In this document: positions 18,736 to 28,048 of the stretch, piece after piece
Layout of the letters: each line of letters starts with the position of its first letter
Numbering within the stretch: position 1 is the stretch's first letter
Source: an uncultured virus (IMG/VR IMGVR_UViG_3300037418_000253)
Lineage: Duplodnaviria; Heunggongvirae; Uroviricota; Caudoviricetes
Length of the DNA stretch: 61,063 nt
IMG/VR virus record: IMGVR_UViG_3300037418_000253
Direction: 5' to 3' (one strand)
The notes under the pieces: model-generated
Database searches by the model: none
Told to the model about the DNA's origin: nothing
What the model saw: the letters and a program-made list of their open reading frames with translations, nothing else
Translations under genes and position numbers: made by a program

Positions 18736-19134
18736 TTACTTAATGGGCGACAATGCCCATTCGAGCAATTCGCGGTGCATATCCGTATTCCGGATGGATG
18801 CCGGGGCACCAATGAGCCAATCAATGCGCTCATTTACCGTCGCCACCTTTTCTTGCGCAGACCAGAGCGCAAGCTGATAAACGGAATATCCATCCTCGCA
18901 GCCACCGCAGATGTTGTCATAATCCGTCCACAGTGACTTACCGTGCGGGCAGTAGGGGAAGCTGTAACCCTTACCGCCCATGTTGACTTGACGCCCGGAC
19001 GGAAGGGTTACCCAGCGCGGGGAACGTCCATCCCCCGCCCGGTACCATTCGTCAACTTCCGCGCGGTATTCCGCCTCACGAGCCTTGAACTTGCCAAGCT
19101 CCGCGAGGGCAACACGCTTAGTCATTGCGTCCAT
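18736..19134 (-). CDS. Hypothetical protein (CPHG...CGGCEDG)
   Basis: ORF between hairpin elements. Confidence 0.75.
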   Translation of the reverse strand: MDAMTKRVALAELGKFKAREAEYRAEVDEWYRAGDGRSPRWVTLPSGRQVNMGGKGYSFPYCPHGKSLWTDYDNICGGCEDGYSVYQLALWSAQEKVATVNERIDWLIGAPASIRNTDMHRELLEWALSPIK

Positions 19135-19228
19135 TGCTTTTCCCCTAGCTTTGTTTTCTGCGCGTTGACTTACTGCGCATTTAGCAGCGCTCACACTTTC
19201 GCGTGAACGCCACTAGCTTTGCAGCCGG

Positions 19229-19510
19229 TCACTTAGCGACGTGTCGCATTATCGCGAGTTGCCACCGATAAAGCGTGTATCCGCCAATCCGGCGGATTTT
19301 CATGGCTTGCCGGAATGTCATGAACGGCAGTCGGACGCGCTTTTGGTCATAGCTGAAACCACTAGCGCTATCCGACTTGACGCACCGGGTAAGGCAGACG
19401 TAATACCGGTCACCCATCGAATTGCGGTAACCGAATATCCGCCACGCCCTACGCCATTCGGCGTCATATTCATTCCGGGCGGGAAATTCCCCGAAAAGCT
19501 TGAATTCCAC
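19229..19510 (-). CDS. Hypothetical protein
   Basis: ORF in operon. Confidence 0.65.
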   Translation of the reverse strand: MEFKLFGEFPARNEYDAEWRRAWRIFGYRNSMGDRYYVCLTRCVKSDSASGFSYDQKRVRLPFMTFRQAMKIRRIGGYTLYRWQLAIMRHVAK

Positions 19511-19519
19511 GGTTTCCCC

Positions 19520-19822
19520 TTACTTAGTGATTTCGTGGATTTCTACCAGGGACTTACTGTTGCCCCACATTTCCCACACGATTACCGCAATGGTTTTCGC
19601 GTGGGAGTACATCACCGAATGGTGAATGTCGTACGCGTAGTGTTCGAGAATGAGCGCAAGGTTATTGCCCAACTCAGCTACGCCGGAATAGGTACGCCCG
19701 GTGCCGCGAGTCACGAGAATGGCACACATCCCGCATTCGCGCTTACCGTGCTCATGGGTATAGGCAATCTCGATTGCGTACGTTTTCGGCGTACCGATTA
19801 CCGCTACCGTTCCCTTTTCCAT
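19520..19822 (-). CDS. Hypothetical protein
   Basis: ORF in operon. Confidence 0.65.
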   Translation of the reverse strand: MEKGTVAVIGTPKTYAIEIAYTHEHGKRECGMCAILVTRGTGRTYSGVAELGNNLALILEHYAYDIHHSVMYSHAKTIAVIVWEMWGNSKSLVEIHEITK

Positions 19823-19915
19823 TTTGAACCTACTTTCTCCCTAGGGTTCATATCCGGGCATGGATATTAGCTTTTGGTTTGGGGGAATTGCTATTCAGTT
19901 GTTTTGCGGGATTTC

Positions 19916-20170
19916 CTACAGGTGAGAAATGAACGTGTTCAGCAGTGCCTCACGACGTTCGGCGTACCATGCGTTTCCGCCCGTGGCAGATTCCGCAGCG
20001 TCTCCCATATTCCACAGCGCACGCACAAACGCGCTGTAGTCCGTTGTCACGCCCGAAAAACGCTTGGGCGTAGTCCGAACCAGAGAGACACCCTTGACAG
20101 CCTTGGAACGGCTCACACGCTTGCGCGGAGTGGCAGTCTTGGCAGTCGTGGCAGTCTTGGCAGTGGTCAT
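19916..20170 (-). CDS. Hypothetical protein with TAK/TAT repeat N-terminus
   Basis: MTTAKTATTAKTATPRKR; first gene of the block. Confidence 0.7.
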   Translation of the reverse strand: MTTAKTATTAKTATPRKRVSRSKAVKGVSLVRTTPKRFSGVTTDYSAFVRALWNMGDAAESATGGNAWYAERREALLNTFISHL

Positions 20171-20199
20171 GATTTTTTCTCTTTTCCCCATGCCCGTAT

Positions 20200-21760
20200 A
20201 TCAACCCTAGGGAAGGTTGATAGTCCCTATTTCTATCGGGACCGTAAGCGCTCGCAATTATTGACAAGATACCCGCTGTAATTCCGTTACTTGCGCATTC
20301 GATATGCCATGTTTTCTCAGCAGGGAGAGAATGCGTTTTTTCGGAATCCTGGCAAAGTGCCGTAGTCAACCAATCCGCTCCGCAATGTTTGGCGTGATTT
20401 CCTAGCTAAACCTCTAGGCAGTGACGCTCGGAGCGCTTAGGCGCTAAATGTGTTTCTGAATCCACTGTTCAATTCTCAATGTCGCGCGATTCCCTTTGTA
20501 CTCAGCGTCTCCGCTTTTCCTCCGGTCCCGCCCGGCTCCCCGTTTCCGGTTGGCCCGACGACATAAGTAGAACAGACGCTCTGACCTGCACTTTTCTAGA
20601 AAACCCCAGGTCAGAGCGTTGCCTAGATGACCTTGAAACCGGCCCCGAAAATGTCACGGCCTGATAACGAACACAAAACCGCAGGTCAGAGGGGGTGCAG
20701 CTTTCTAAGTAATCTTGAAATCGCGCGGGAAACCTTGCATGACCTGCGGAAACGCGAATATGTCCGTTTCTTGTTACTCACCGGTAACTTATTTGCCGGC
20801 CTTTTTGTTACCGGCCAGTAACTTATTATTTCCTTAGCTAATGAAACGACTTCCCTTTTTGATTATCAGGAAAGTGCGCGTGATACAGCATCGACCTAGC
20901 GTGTGTCTATAGGCTTTCGTCACGGCATGGTAACGAAAGTTATCCACAGCTCACCGTGCGTAGACACTCACCGGTAACGTGATGCCGCGTCAGATTGGAA
21001 AACCGGCTCCGACCTGCGACGATGCCCGTTCCCTAACGACGTATCAGATACTACGGAGCGTGAAAATCGCGTCTAACGGCTTTCCAGCGGAAAAACGACC
21101 ACGGGTACCGGGCACCCGCTGAAAGGCTCTTAGAGCGGCGTACAGAGCTTTTCTCACATACTGTCGCGTAACTTATCCGGAGCGTGACCGGAGACTATCC
21201 ACATATCCACAGGCACCCTGTGGATGTACGGAATTCAACTACCGTCCGGTAGCTTTCGAGCGGAAAGCCTTTAGCTGTTAATCCTTAGGGTGCCTAAGGA
21301 TTCTCGGAGAGCGATTCTCTCGCGCGCCGACGCGCGCCGACAGCGGGCATTTATCGTCACCCTGCCGATAAGTGTTTAGAGCTTGATTCTTAGCCTGCCT
21401 AACGACTTTCGGGCCGTGCCCGGAATGTCCGTTTTGCCTAAAATGCCGGCCTTGCCGGGAATGTCCGAATTGCCGGAATCCGGAAATACCCATTACGAAG
21501 CTTTACGAAAGTCTCCAAATTCTCAGGATTTTTTCAGCCGGGGGAAAACAGAGCCGTTACGAAAAGAGAAAAAACCCCACGATTTTTTCTCGTGGGGTTT
21601 TATTCAGGTCCAGCTTCCGCCTGCCTCTAGGTATTCAATCGCGTCAGACAAAAACTGTGGGCTGTCTCGGAAGTATCCTAGCCCTACGTTGCAGCGTGGC
21701 ACCAAATTCGTACGAAACAAAAAAGGCCCGACCCCCGTAGGGGTCGAGCCAATTTCTGAG
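20200..21760. promoter_or_regulatory. ~1.5-kb non-coding control region with DnaA-type boxes, GTnAC-N6-GTAAC boxes, CTGACCTGC repeats and a 9-bp tandem array
   Basis: TTATCCACA 20940-20948; GTTAC-N6-GTAAC 20773-20788 and 20807-20822; no credible ORF. Confidence 0.65.
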
Positions 21761-21763
21761 GGC

Positions 21764-21970
21764 TTACGATTCGAGTATGAGCCTCTGGCCCTTACCGGTG
21801 CCGAGTCCCACGCCGTACTGCTTGAAGTGGTATTCGCACATGTTGGCCCAGGGTCCCTCTGTGGTCTTCCCGTCGTAAGCGGCTGTCTGCGCAGGCTTAC
21901 CGGGAGGGGGACCGACGTACTTGCAGATGTCACAGCCCGGAAGCTGTGAGACCTTGACCTCTGTTGCCAT
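21764..21970 (-). CDS. Small Cys/His protein
   Basis: CDIC...YDGKT..GPWANMCEYHF. Confidence 0.75.
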   Translation of the reverse strand: MATEVKVSQLPGCDICKYVGPPPGKPAQTAAYDGKTTEGPWANMCEYHFKQYGVGLGTGKGQRLILES

Positions 21971-21973
21971 TGG

Positions 21974-22204
21974 TCAGCCTTTCTCGACAGGTTGAACGTT
22001 GACGATTTGTCCACGCTCAAAGGTTACGATTACCTCGTTGGGTTCCATGTTCTCACGGTTCCCCAATCCGAAAGCCACGTCCGCGTCGGGCTTTGTGTCT
22101 GCCACATCTCCGTTAGCAAAGAAAACCCTGAACCGAGGATTTCCATTTGCGGAGTTGCGCAACCGCTCAAGGCGACGAATCACCTTTGCCTCTGTTGTGT
22201 TCAT
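21974..22204 (-). CDS. Hypothetical protein (leaderless)
   Basis: TTGACA-N17-TAAGTT-6nt-ATG; NSANGNPRF motif. Confidence 0.75.
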   Translation of the reverse strand: MNTTEAKVIRRLERLRNSANGNPRFRVFFANGDVADTKPDADVAFGLGNRENMEPNEVIVTFERGQIVNVQPVEKG

Positions 22205-22287
22205 GGGAGCAACTTACCAAAGCACCCATAGCCGTGTCAACAAAAAGCCCCGGCCCTTTTCAGGGCCGAGGCTAGTTTGCTTGGTGC

Positions 22288-22533
22288 TCAGACGACGTGC
22301 AGCTCGTCATTGAACTTGGTAATGGTCCCGTAGAACTTCCGGTTACGGAACGGGTCCGGGCCACAGAAGACGACCATCGTGCCCTCCGGAGCCACGTCAA
22401 GAAAGCCGTTGTACTCATTCCCGAAAAGGGAAGTGGACTCCACCCTTACGGTGCCGGGGTCGCTTTCCACAGCCTCTCGAATAGCCTTCTTGGACTTGGG
22501 ACGCTGCCCGTTAATCCAAATGCCCTGAGACAT
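22288..22533 (-). CDS. Hypothetical protein
   Basis: RPKSKKAIRE...GPDPFRNRKFY. Confidence 0.7.
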   Translation of the reverse strand: MSQGIWINGQRPKSKKAIREAVESDPGTVRVESTSLFGNEYNGFLDVAPEGTMVVFCGPDPFRNRKFYGTITKFNDELHVV

Positions 22534-22537
22534 TTTT

Positions 22538-22723
22538 TCACCCCCTCTCACGAGCGATACGAACCGCGTTGGCAAGCTTGTCCACGTTGACGCGATGGAA
22601 TGCCGCCGTTTCCGTCAAGTCATCCCCTGCCAAAACATCCTGGACAGCAGGACGGCACTCATCACAGAGATGGTCTGTTGGTGGCTCATTCCAAAAAAGC
22701 CACCCGCAAACAATGCACCGCAT
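22538..22723 (-). CDS. Small Zn-finger-like protein
   Basis: CIVCG...CDEC. Confidence 0.6.
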   Translation of the reverse strand: MRCIVCGWLFWNEPPTDHLCDECRPAVQDVLAGDDLTETAAFHRVNVDKLANAVRIARERG

Positions 22724-22878
22724 TTCCTAGCCCTTCTTCTGGATGCGACGAATCCCCTGTACCCGCCCGCAGACGGGGCAGACAATCTCCCGAAAGATTG
22801 CCTTGGCGGATTCCTTGGTGACCTTGCCCGTTGCCTCACCGCGCGGGTGTGAAAGGCTGGTGCAAGAGCCTTTCATTT

Positions 22879-23106
22879 CTAGACCGCCCACTGGTGACCG
22901 CAGTCACCGGTAACCGTGCGCTCACCGGGGTCCACGTCGGACTGCCAGGAGTCAGCCATCTTGACCTTGCCGCAGTCGGGGCAGACGACCATAAGCTCTA
23001 GGTCGTGCTTCTCGGCGCAACGGGTACAGGTCGGAACGTTGCCGAGGACGGGGTGTTTCACGACACCATCGGCGGGGTTCATGCAGAGGAGATACCACTG
23101 GCACAT
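22879..23106 (-). CDS. Cys-rich hypothetical protein
   Basis: CQWYLLC...HPVLG..PTCTRC...CPDCG..CGH. Confidence 0.7.
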   Translation of the reverse strand: MCQWYLLCMNPADGVVKHPVLGNVPTCTRCAEKHDLELMVVCPDCGKVKMADSWQSDVDPGERTVTGDCGHQWAV

Positions 23107-23170
23107 ATTTTGCTCCCTCGTTTGGGTTGGTTCTCTGATGGTATGGGATGCCCGCTTACCCTGTCAAGGT

Positions 23171-23473
23171 TTATTCCATCGTCTTTGGCAGGGTGCCTAG
23201 TTCTTCCTCGTACTCTTCCGGGGTTAGCCATGTGACCCTAGCCATCTGAAATAGCACCGACTTACCCTCAGCCAACAAACGCTTTTCACAGTCACGGGCA
23301 CCCTTTAGGGTCTTGAACTCGTGAACCTCGTACGAGTAGACCTGTTGCTTGGATTCCCGCACTTCGCTTGCTGGCTTTCCCGAGAGTGCAGCGATTTCTT
23401 CCCGGCTGAATGGGGTCGAGATGAAATCGACAACCGCAACCCGCCACCGGTATTCCTCGTGATATAGCCTCAT
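23171..23473 (-). CDS. Hypothetical protein
   Basis: Coupled to upstream 53-aa ORF. Confidence 0.7.
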   Translation of the reverse strand: MRLYHEEYRWRVAVVDFISTPFSREEIAALSGKPASEVRESKQQVYSYEVHEFKTLKGARDCEKRLLAEGKSVLFQMARVTWLTPEEYEEELGTLPKTME

Positions 23474-23634
23474 CAGCAGAACTCACAGACTCCCCAGTCA
23501 CAGTTTCGGCAATAGGGGTGACCGAAACCCTCATCCGCTTTGATTTGCTCCGGAGTCATTTCTGTGGCTCCGGTTTCTGGGTCGTGTGGTAATACGATTA
23601 CCTCGTACTCGCCACAGCTAGGACACTTGTTCAT
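23473..23634 (-). CDS. 53-aa Cys-rich protein (leaderless)
   Basis: MNKCPSCG...CRNCDWGVCEFC; TTGACC..TAGGGT promoter directly upstream. Confidence 0.6.
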   Translation of the reverse strand: MNKCPSCGEYEVIVLPHDPETGATEMTPEQIKADEGFGHPYCRNCDWGVCEFC

Positions 23635-23676
23635 GCCAAAAACCCTACACCCTGGCAGGGTGTAGGGTCAAGGGTT

Positions 23677-23880
23677 TCAGACGTTCGGATTCAGGTCCAG
23701 AATCATGTCAATGACCTTACGAAGATTCTCCTGAGTGTGCTTCTCATTCGAAGACTCGGAGACCGTCATTAGGCACTTGATTACGTCGTTACTGTTGAGC
23801 ATCCGGTATCGCTTGGAAACCCGCCCGCGTCCATCGCGGATGGTCAGCTCCGAAACCGACATGGGGAGAGGCTTAGACAT
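23677..23880 (-). CDS. Hypothetical protein
   Basis: Start MSKPL after CTCGGGA. Confidence 0.65.
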   Translation of the reverse strand: MSKPLPMSVSELTIRDGRGRVSKRYRMLNSNDVIKCLMTVSESSNEKHTQENLRKVIDMILDLNPNV

Positions 23881-23942
23881 TTCCCGAGACCCTTTCGTCG
23901 TTACGATTGGGGAAAGCTTGGCCCCTTTCGGGGCCGGTGGTA

Positions 23943-24374
23943 TTAGTCGAACTCTGGGCAAATGGTCGCGGTAGCCGCATCGAAAACGATAGAACCGTTG
24001 TCGGGATAAGACCTTTCGACCAGACCGTCAATCAGCCGCTTTTCGACAATCGCGGTGACTTCCTCTTCGCTCTTGCCAGCGCGCAATTCCTTGCAAGCGA
24101 GAAAGCCCGTGGAGCGAATTACCTCTCGCAGGTTTTCGTCAATGTCCCAATACTGGGTAATCGTTCCACCCCAGGGACCGCTAAACTGTGCAGCCATTTC
24201 CAGGTCGAATTCGTCCGTCTGCCTGTCCTTCTTTACCATGGCGTCGTACTTTGCCGACTCTTCCGGAGAAATGGTGTACGTAGATTCCTTGTGCTCGGGC
24301 TTGTCCTCACCGTTGCACGCGGTAAGCGTGAGCGTGGCAGCTACGAGGACAGTGACACAGACAGCCTTACGCAT
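23943..24374 (-). CDS. Putative lipoprotein
   Basis: Signal peptide with LTAC lipobox; C-terminal AC..L...ICPE. Confidence 0.75.
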   Translation of the reverse strand: MRKAVCVTVLVAATLTLTACNGEDKPEHKESTYTISPEESAKYDAMVKKDRQTDEFDLEMAAQFSGPWGGTITQYWDIDENLREVIRSTGFLACKELRAGKSEEEVTAIVEKRLIDGLVERSYPDNGSIVFDAATATICPEFD

Positions 24375-24430
24375 TTGAATTCCCCTTGATTGGAAAGCTT
24401 GCCGGGTGCTCGGTTGAACACCCGGCCGAA

Positions 24431-24799
24431 TTACGCTGCTACCTTACCCTTACGCCGTGCGATTGCACGGGGCGCGTACTCGTTATTCCGCGCCTTACCC
24501 TTTGCGTACCTACGGGCGTATTCCTGCCCCTCAGGGGTGTTGAGCTGGTCAGGCCGAGGAGGAGTCATCACGCCATCGGCATAAACGGTAATCAGGGTGA
24601 ACGTAGTTCCCTTAGGCTTTCCGACCAGGCAAAGCCCATTGCCAGTGACGCGGTATTGTCCCTCGTACTTGCCATTCTTGTAAAGCTTAGCGGGGTTTTC
24701 GAATGTCTCGCGAATCTTCTCAATCGCGAAACCCTTGTCAAGAATCTGCTTAAGAGCGTGGTCGGTAGCGTGGAGTCGGAAGCCCTCAGTGGACTGCAT
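24431..24799 (-). CDS. DUF4258/RelE-like fold protein (putative)
   Basis: TDHALKQI...TLITVY pattern. Confidence 0.55.
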   Translation of the reverse strand: MQSTEGFRLHATDHALKQILDKGFAIEKIRETFENPAKLYKNGKYEGQYRVTGNGLCLVGKPKGTTFTLITVYADGVMTPPRPDQLNTPEGQEYARRYAKGKARNNEYAPRAIARRKGKVAA

Positions 24800-24936
24800 G
24801 GGTATTATTCCCTTCCTAAGCTGGAGAGAGCCTGTCCGCCCTCCCTTATGTCAACCAGAATACGCGAAGGGGAGGGGTCTGGTCAACCCCTCCCCAAGCT
24901 TGACGAGAAATAATCTTGCTCGTCTTTGGCCTTGCC

Positions 24937-25326
24937 CTACCGAGATGTCTCCTTACGGATGAGCGCGGTGGTGCTCGCAAGGTTGTTGTACCTGTCGTCA
25001 TGGTCAACAAAATCCAGGTACTTGTCTAGAGCCTTGGGGCAGTAGACTTCGAATACCGCCGATGTGGCCTTGAGATGGTCGGCATTCTGAATAATCCAGC
25101 CGGGTGGATACCCCTTGAGCATCCACGGGCAATTGGATTCACCGAAATCCTTTACGGTGTCTTCGGTAAGCGTCCAGTCCTGTGTCTGGAATGTAGCTGC
25201 CCAAGCCTCGTATTCCTGGTACTCATGCGAGGGACGGTTATTCCTCAGCACGATGGTCAGTAGCAGAATGACGACGGATAGAACCGCCGATACGATAAGC
25301 CAAAGCCTCCTCTTCTTCATTTCCAT
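24937..25326 (-). CDS. Membrane-anchored hypothetical protein
   Basis: N-terminal TM helix. Confidence 0.7.
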   Translation of the reverse strand: MEMKKRRLWLIVSAVLSVVILLLTIVLRNNRPSHEYQEYEAWAATFQTQDWTLTEDTVKDFGESNCPWMLKGYPPGWIIQNADHLKATSAVFEVYCPKALDKYLDFVDHDDRYNNLASTTALIRKETSR

Positions 25327-25524
25327 TATGTCTCCGAATCCAGTAAATGTTTTGCAGCTTCACGCTTTACTGATTCGGGTGCGCTCATCAGGAACTCATA
25401 AAGCCGCCTGCGCGGGATGGGTGGCAGAAACGGCAGTTGCATCGCCAGTTTGACGAATGCCTTTCCGGCCCATCCCGTCACAGTCATGGTCATGATTCGA
25501 GCGTAGCCTAGCTGGGATTCAGTG

Positions 25525-25761
25525 TCAAGCGACTTCGGCCATGTCGTAACCGAGAATCTGAACCTGTGAAAGTGCCTCTATTCGGTAAGAGATTGTGTCA
25601 CCTTCCAGGTCATCGGAGAGCACCAGCGTAATAGCGTCTCCATGGTCCTCTACGGCTAGAACAGTGCCCTCATGGGTTTCCGTGCCCTCAGTAAAGCGCA
25701 CGTAGTCCTGAGGCTCAATAACGTAAGCGTCTACGGTATCAAGAACAGAACGGTCAGACAT
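25525..25761 (-). CDS. Acidic hypothetical protein
   Basis: RBS GGAG. Confidence 0.7.
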   Translation of the reverse strand: MSDRSVLDTVDAYVIEPQDYVRFTEGTETHEGTVLAVEDHGDAITLVLSDDLEGDTISYRIEALSQVQILGYDMAEVA

Positions 25762-25840
25762 TCAATCTCCAGGGTCATTTGGTATTACCCGCGAATCCGG
25801 GCAAAGCTTAGCCCCGGTACTTTAATACCGGGGCTAGGTG

Positions 25841-26050
25841 TTACATTCGAACCTTGTCCACCAGGGAGACGACCTTTGAATTCGTCTTCCGGGCAATCAT
25901 CTCAATCTTCTCGGCACTGCCAACCAGCTCGAAAACAATGTTGGCAGGGTCGGTCTTTTCCTTGACCTCACACTCGATACCGTAAACACAGGACTGCACA
26001 TTGACAGCCGGGGCATTACGGAGAGCGGTGGTAAGACGAACAACAGACAT
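25841..26050 (-). CDS. Hypothetical protein
   Basis: Start MSVVRL with RBS AAGGA. Confidence 0.6.
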   Translation of the reverse strand: MSVVRLTTALRNAPAVNVQSCVYGIECEVKEKTDPANIVFELVGSAEKIEMIARKTNSKVVSLVDKVRM

Positions 26051-26063
26051 TAAAGCGTATTCC

Positions 26064-26168
26064 TTAGAAAGAGAGAAGACCATCGATAACGTAGGTCACA
26101 TCGTTCGGGTTATCCCGCTCAACCTCAACGTCGTTGGTCTCGTCGTCGTAATCAATAAAGTTAGCCAT
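26064..26168 (-). CDS. 34-aa acidic microprotein
   Basis: MANFIDYDDETNDVEVERDNPNDVTYVIDGLLSF; RBS GGAGG. Confidence 0.55.
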   Translation of the reverse strand: MANFIDYDDETNDVEVERDNPNDVTYVIDGLLSF

Positions 26169-26343
26169 GACAAATCCTCCGAGTAGAATTGATTGGTGAG
26201 GGAATTCGGCCTACTTATGTTGTGCTTAGCTCCTTGCCGTGACCCGCGACTGGACTAGGAGTACCGAATTCCCGAACGTTGCTGCTTCCTCGCCAACGTA
26301 TAATTTATTGTATCATCGTTGGCGAATTATTGTCAACGAGCGA

Positions 26344-26622
26344 CTAAACCGCTGTGCGCCCGTCTGAGGCCCGAGAAGGCGTCCCAGTCACCTCTAGGCC
26401 ATGCTTGGCCTGTTCGGCTCCCAGAGCGTCGTCTAGGGCCTGCGCAAGCACAGTCTGACCCATGACCATAAGCCCTAGCATCGGGTCGGCTGAGTCATTG
26501 GCTAGCTGTGATGCGGTAGTGCAGTGCTGAAATAGAACCTCGCACAGTGCGTCAAGGTCCACGTAAACCCGGCCGTCGATTACCTTGGGGTTTAGTTGTG
26601 CAGTTAGATTAAGCGCTTCCAT
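26344..26622 (-). CDS. Hypothetical protein
   Basis: ORF with RBS. Confidence 0.7.
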   Translation of the reverse strand: MEALNLTAQLNPKVIDGRVYVDLDALCEVLFQHCTTASQLANDSADPMLGLMVMGQTVLAQALDDALGAEQAKHGLEVTGTPSRASDGRTAV

Positions 26623-26683
26623 CCAATTCCTTTCTTACAAGCTAAAGGGGCCGGGGGATAAACCCCGGCCCCTTAGCCAATGG

Positions 26684-27016
26684 CTACTCTTCCATTCCGT
26701 AGACAGCCATTGTGTCAGTCAAACGCTTTGCGTTGCATGTCTCGTCATCCATATCCCCGGAATCGTAGGCATCTGCCATCGTGTGGATAATGGCGAATAC
26801 GACTTGCAGGATTCGCTTACGGAGAGCCTTTCCACCGTGACAGTGAATCCAATATGCAAAGGTGTTTGGGTCGAATGACAGGCGGTCGATTGCCTTGAGG
26901 AAAGCTTTTCCTGCCTTTCCAGCTTCCCCTATTTGGCTTGGTGCTCCACCCATGGTCGTTTGGGAACCAGGGCCACCGTTCGTCGTAATGGGCGTGTTAC
27001 CGACGAATCCTTGCAT
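26684..27016 (-). CDS. Hypothetical protein
   Basis: RBS GAGGAG. Confidence 0.75.
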   Translation of the reverse strand: MQGFVGNTPITTNGGPGSQTTMGGAPSQIGEAGKAGKAFLKAIDRLSFDPNTFAYWIHCHGGKALRKRILQVVFAIIHTMADAYDSGDMDDETCNAKRLTDTMAVYGMEE

Positions 27017-27085
27017 AGACTCTCCTCGCTAAGGGGAGGACACTCCTCCCCTTTCCTCTATGGTACAGGCTATAAGAGAGTCTGT

Positions 27086-27637
27086 CTACGCGGCGGGCTT
27101 GTCCATGATAAGCAGCTCCCCGCCAAGGTACTTCGGAGCAACCGGCCCGTTTGAGCAACCGCAGTAAGCGACACCCTTAGAGCAACCGCCGCACGAGGTA
27201 ACCGCAACAAGCGGCTCAGAAATGAACGGCTTGTCACTCTTGCTACGACGGGCGTAGGTCCAGCCTACCGACTGCTCACGGACCTTAGAGCGAACCTTAG
27301 CGACCCGCTTTACCGGAGCGGTAACCGTACCGTGCGAGGACAGGTAAGCGGTAATAACCTCAGTGGGAATCCGGCCGCGCTTACCCTTCTCAATAGCTCC
27401 GGTCTGCTCAGCCCAAGCGCGAATAGCCTTAGCGTCGTAAGAGTCCCGAGCGGGAGCCTTTTCCTTGACGACCTTCGGAGCCTTAGCCTTAGGCGCGGAA
27501 ACCGGCTTAGCTACGGGCTCATCAAAAACGATGCCCTCGGCAATAGCCTTCTCGATAGCTGCCTTACCCTCAGCCGAGAAACGGCCCTTGCCCGGCTTGG
27601 CCAGACCCTTGGAAACGAGGTAGTCACGCTTGTTCAT
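27086..27637 (-). CDS. lsr2: Lsr2-like DNA-binding-domain protein with Cys-rich C-terminus
   Basis: AIRAWAEQTG...KRGRIPTEVITAY; N-terminal KGRFS; CGGC..YCGC. Confidence 0.75.
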   Translation of the reverse strand: MNKRDYLVSKGLAKPGKGRFSAEGKAAIEKAIAEGIVFDEPVAKPVSAPKAKAPKVVKEKAPARDSYDAKAIRAWAEQTGAIEKGKRGRIPTEVITAYLSSHGTVTAPVKRVAKVRSKVREQSVGWTYARRSKSDKPFISEPLVAVTSCGGCSKGVAYCGCSNGPVAPKYLGGELLIMDKPAA

Positions 27638-27763
27638 TTTTACTCCCGAGATTTCGTTGCCCTGTCCTGCTGACTCTCTAAAGATACAGCATCCCCGGCC
27701 GCGTTGTCCAGCCGGGGAAAAATATGAGGGGCAGTTTTTTCAGTCATGCCCCAGGACTGTACA

Positions 27764-28048
27764 TCATCGGCCGTTGCGGGTGGCCTTGTTCGCCGCGAGG
27801 ATGACTCCGACGCGGGCCACCACCTCGTAGGACACCCGACCCCGCTCCGCCACGGGGATGTCCAGCACCTTGGCCAGCTCGCGGACCTTCTTGGGCTGGG
27901 TCATCAGGTACTCGACCAGGACCTCGGAGGAGACGCGGCCACGGGAGCCGACCTCCAGGTCGTTCTCACGGGCGAACTCGCGGGCCTCACCGGCCAGGGC
28001 GCGAACGTCGATGTCGATGGCGACGGTCTTACGGGTGCTGCGGGCCAT
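27764..28048 (-). CDS. lsr2: Protein made of two tandem Lsr2-type DNA-binding domains
   Basis: AREFAREN.LEVGSRGRVSSEV and VRELAK.L.IPVAERGRVSYEV. Confidence 0.75.
   Translation of the reverse strand: MARSTRKTVAIDIDVRALAGEAREFARENDLEVGSRGRVSSEVLVEYLMTQPKKVRELAKVLDIPVAERGRVSYEVVARVGVILAANKATRNGR

Noticed and set aside
16832..19226. CRISPR array or integron reading of the repeated hairpins
   Set aside because: Spacers are whole genes of variable length, repeats are not identical, and there is no cas or integrase gene in the window.
20131..20166. 9-bp tandem repeat TGGCAGTC[TG]
   Set aside because: Explained as coding for TAKTATTAKTAT.
21278..22020. ORFs 21278-21493, 21383-21949, 21604-22020
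   Set aside because: They read through the 9-bp array and motif cluster, lack RBS, and the peptide repeats are by-products of DNA repeats.
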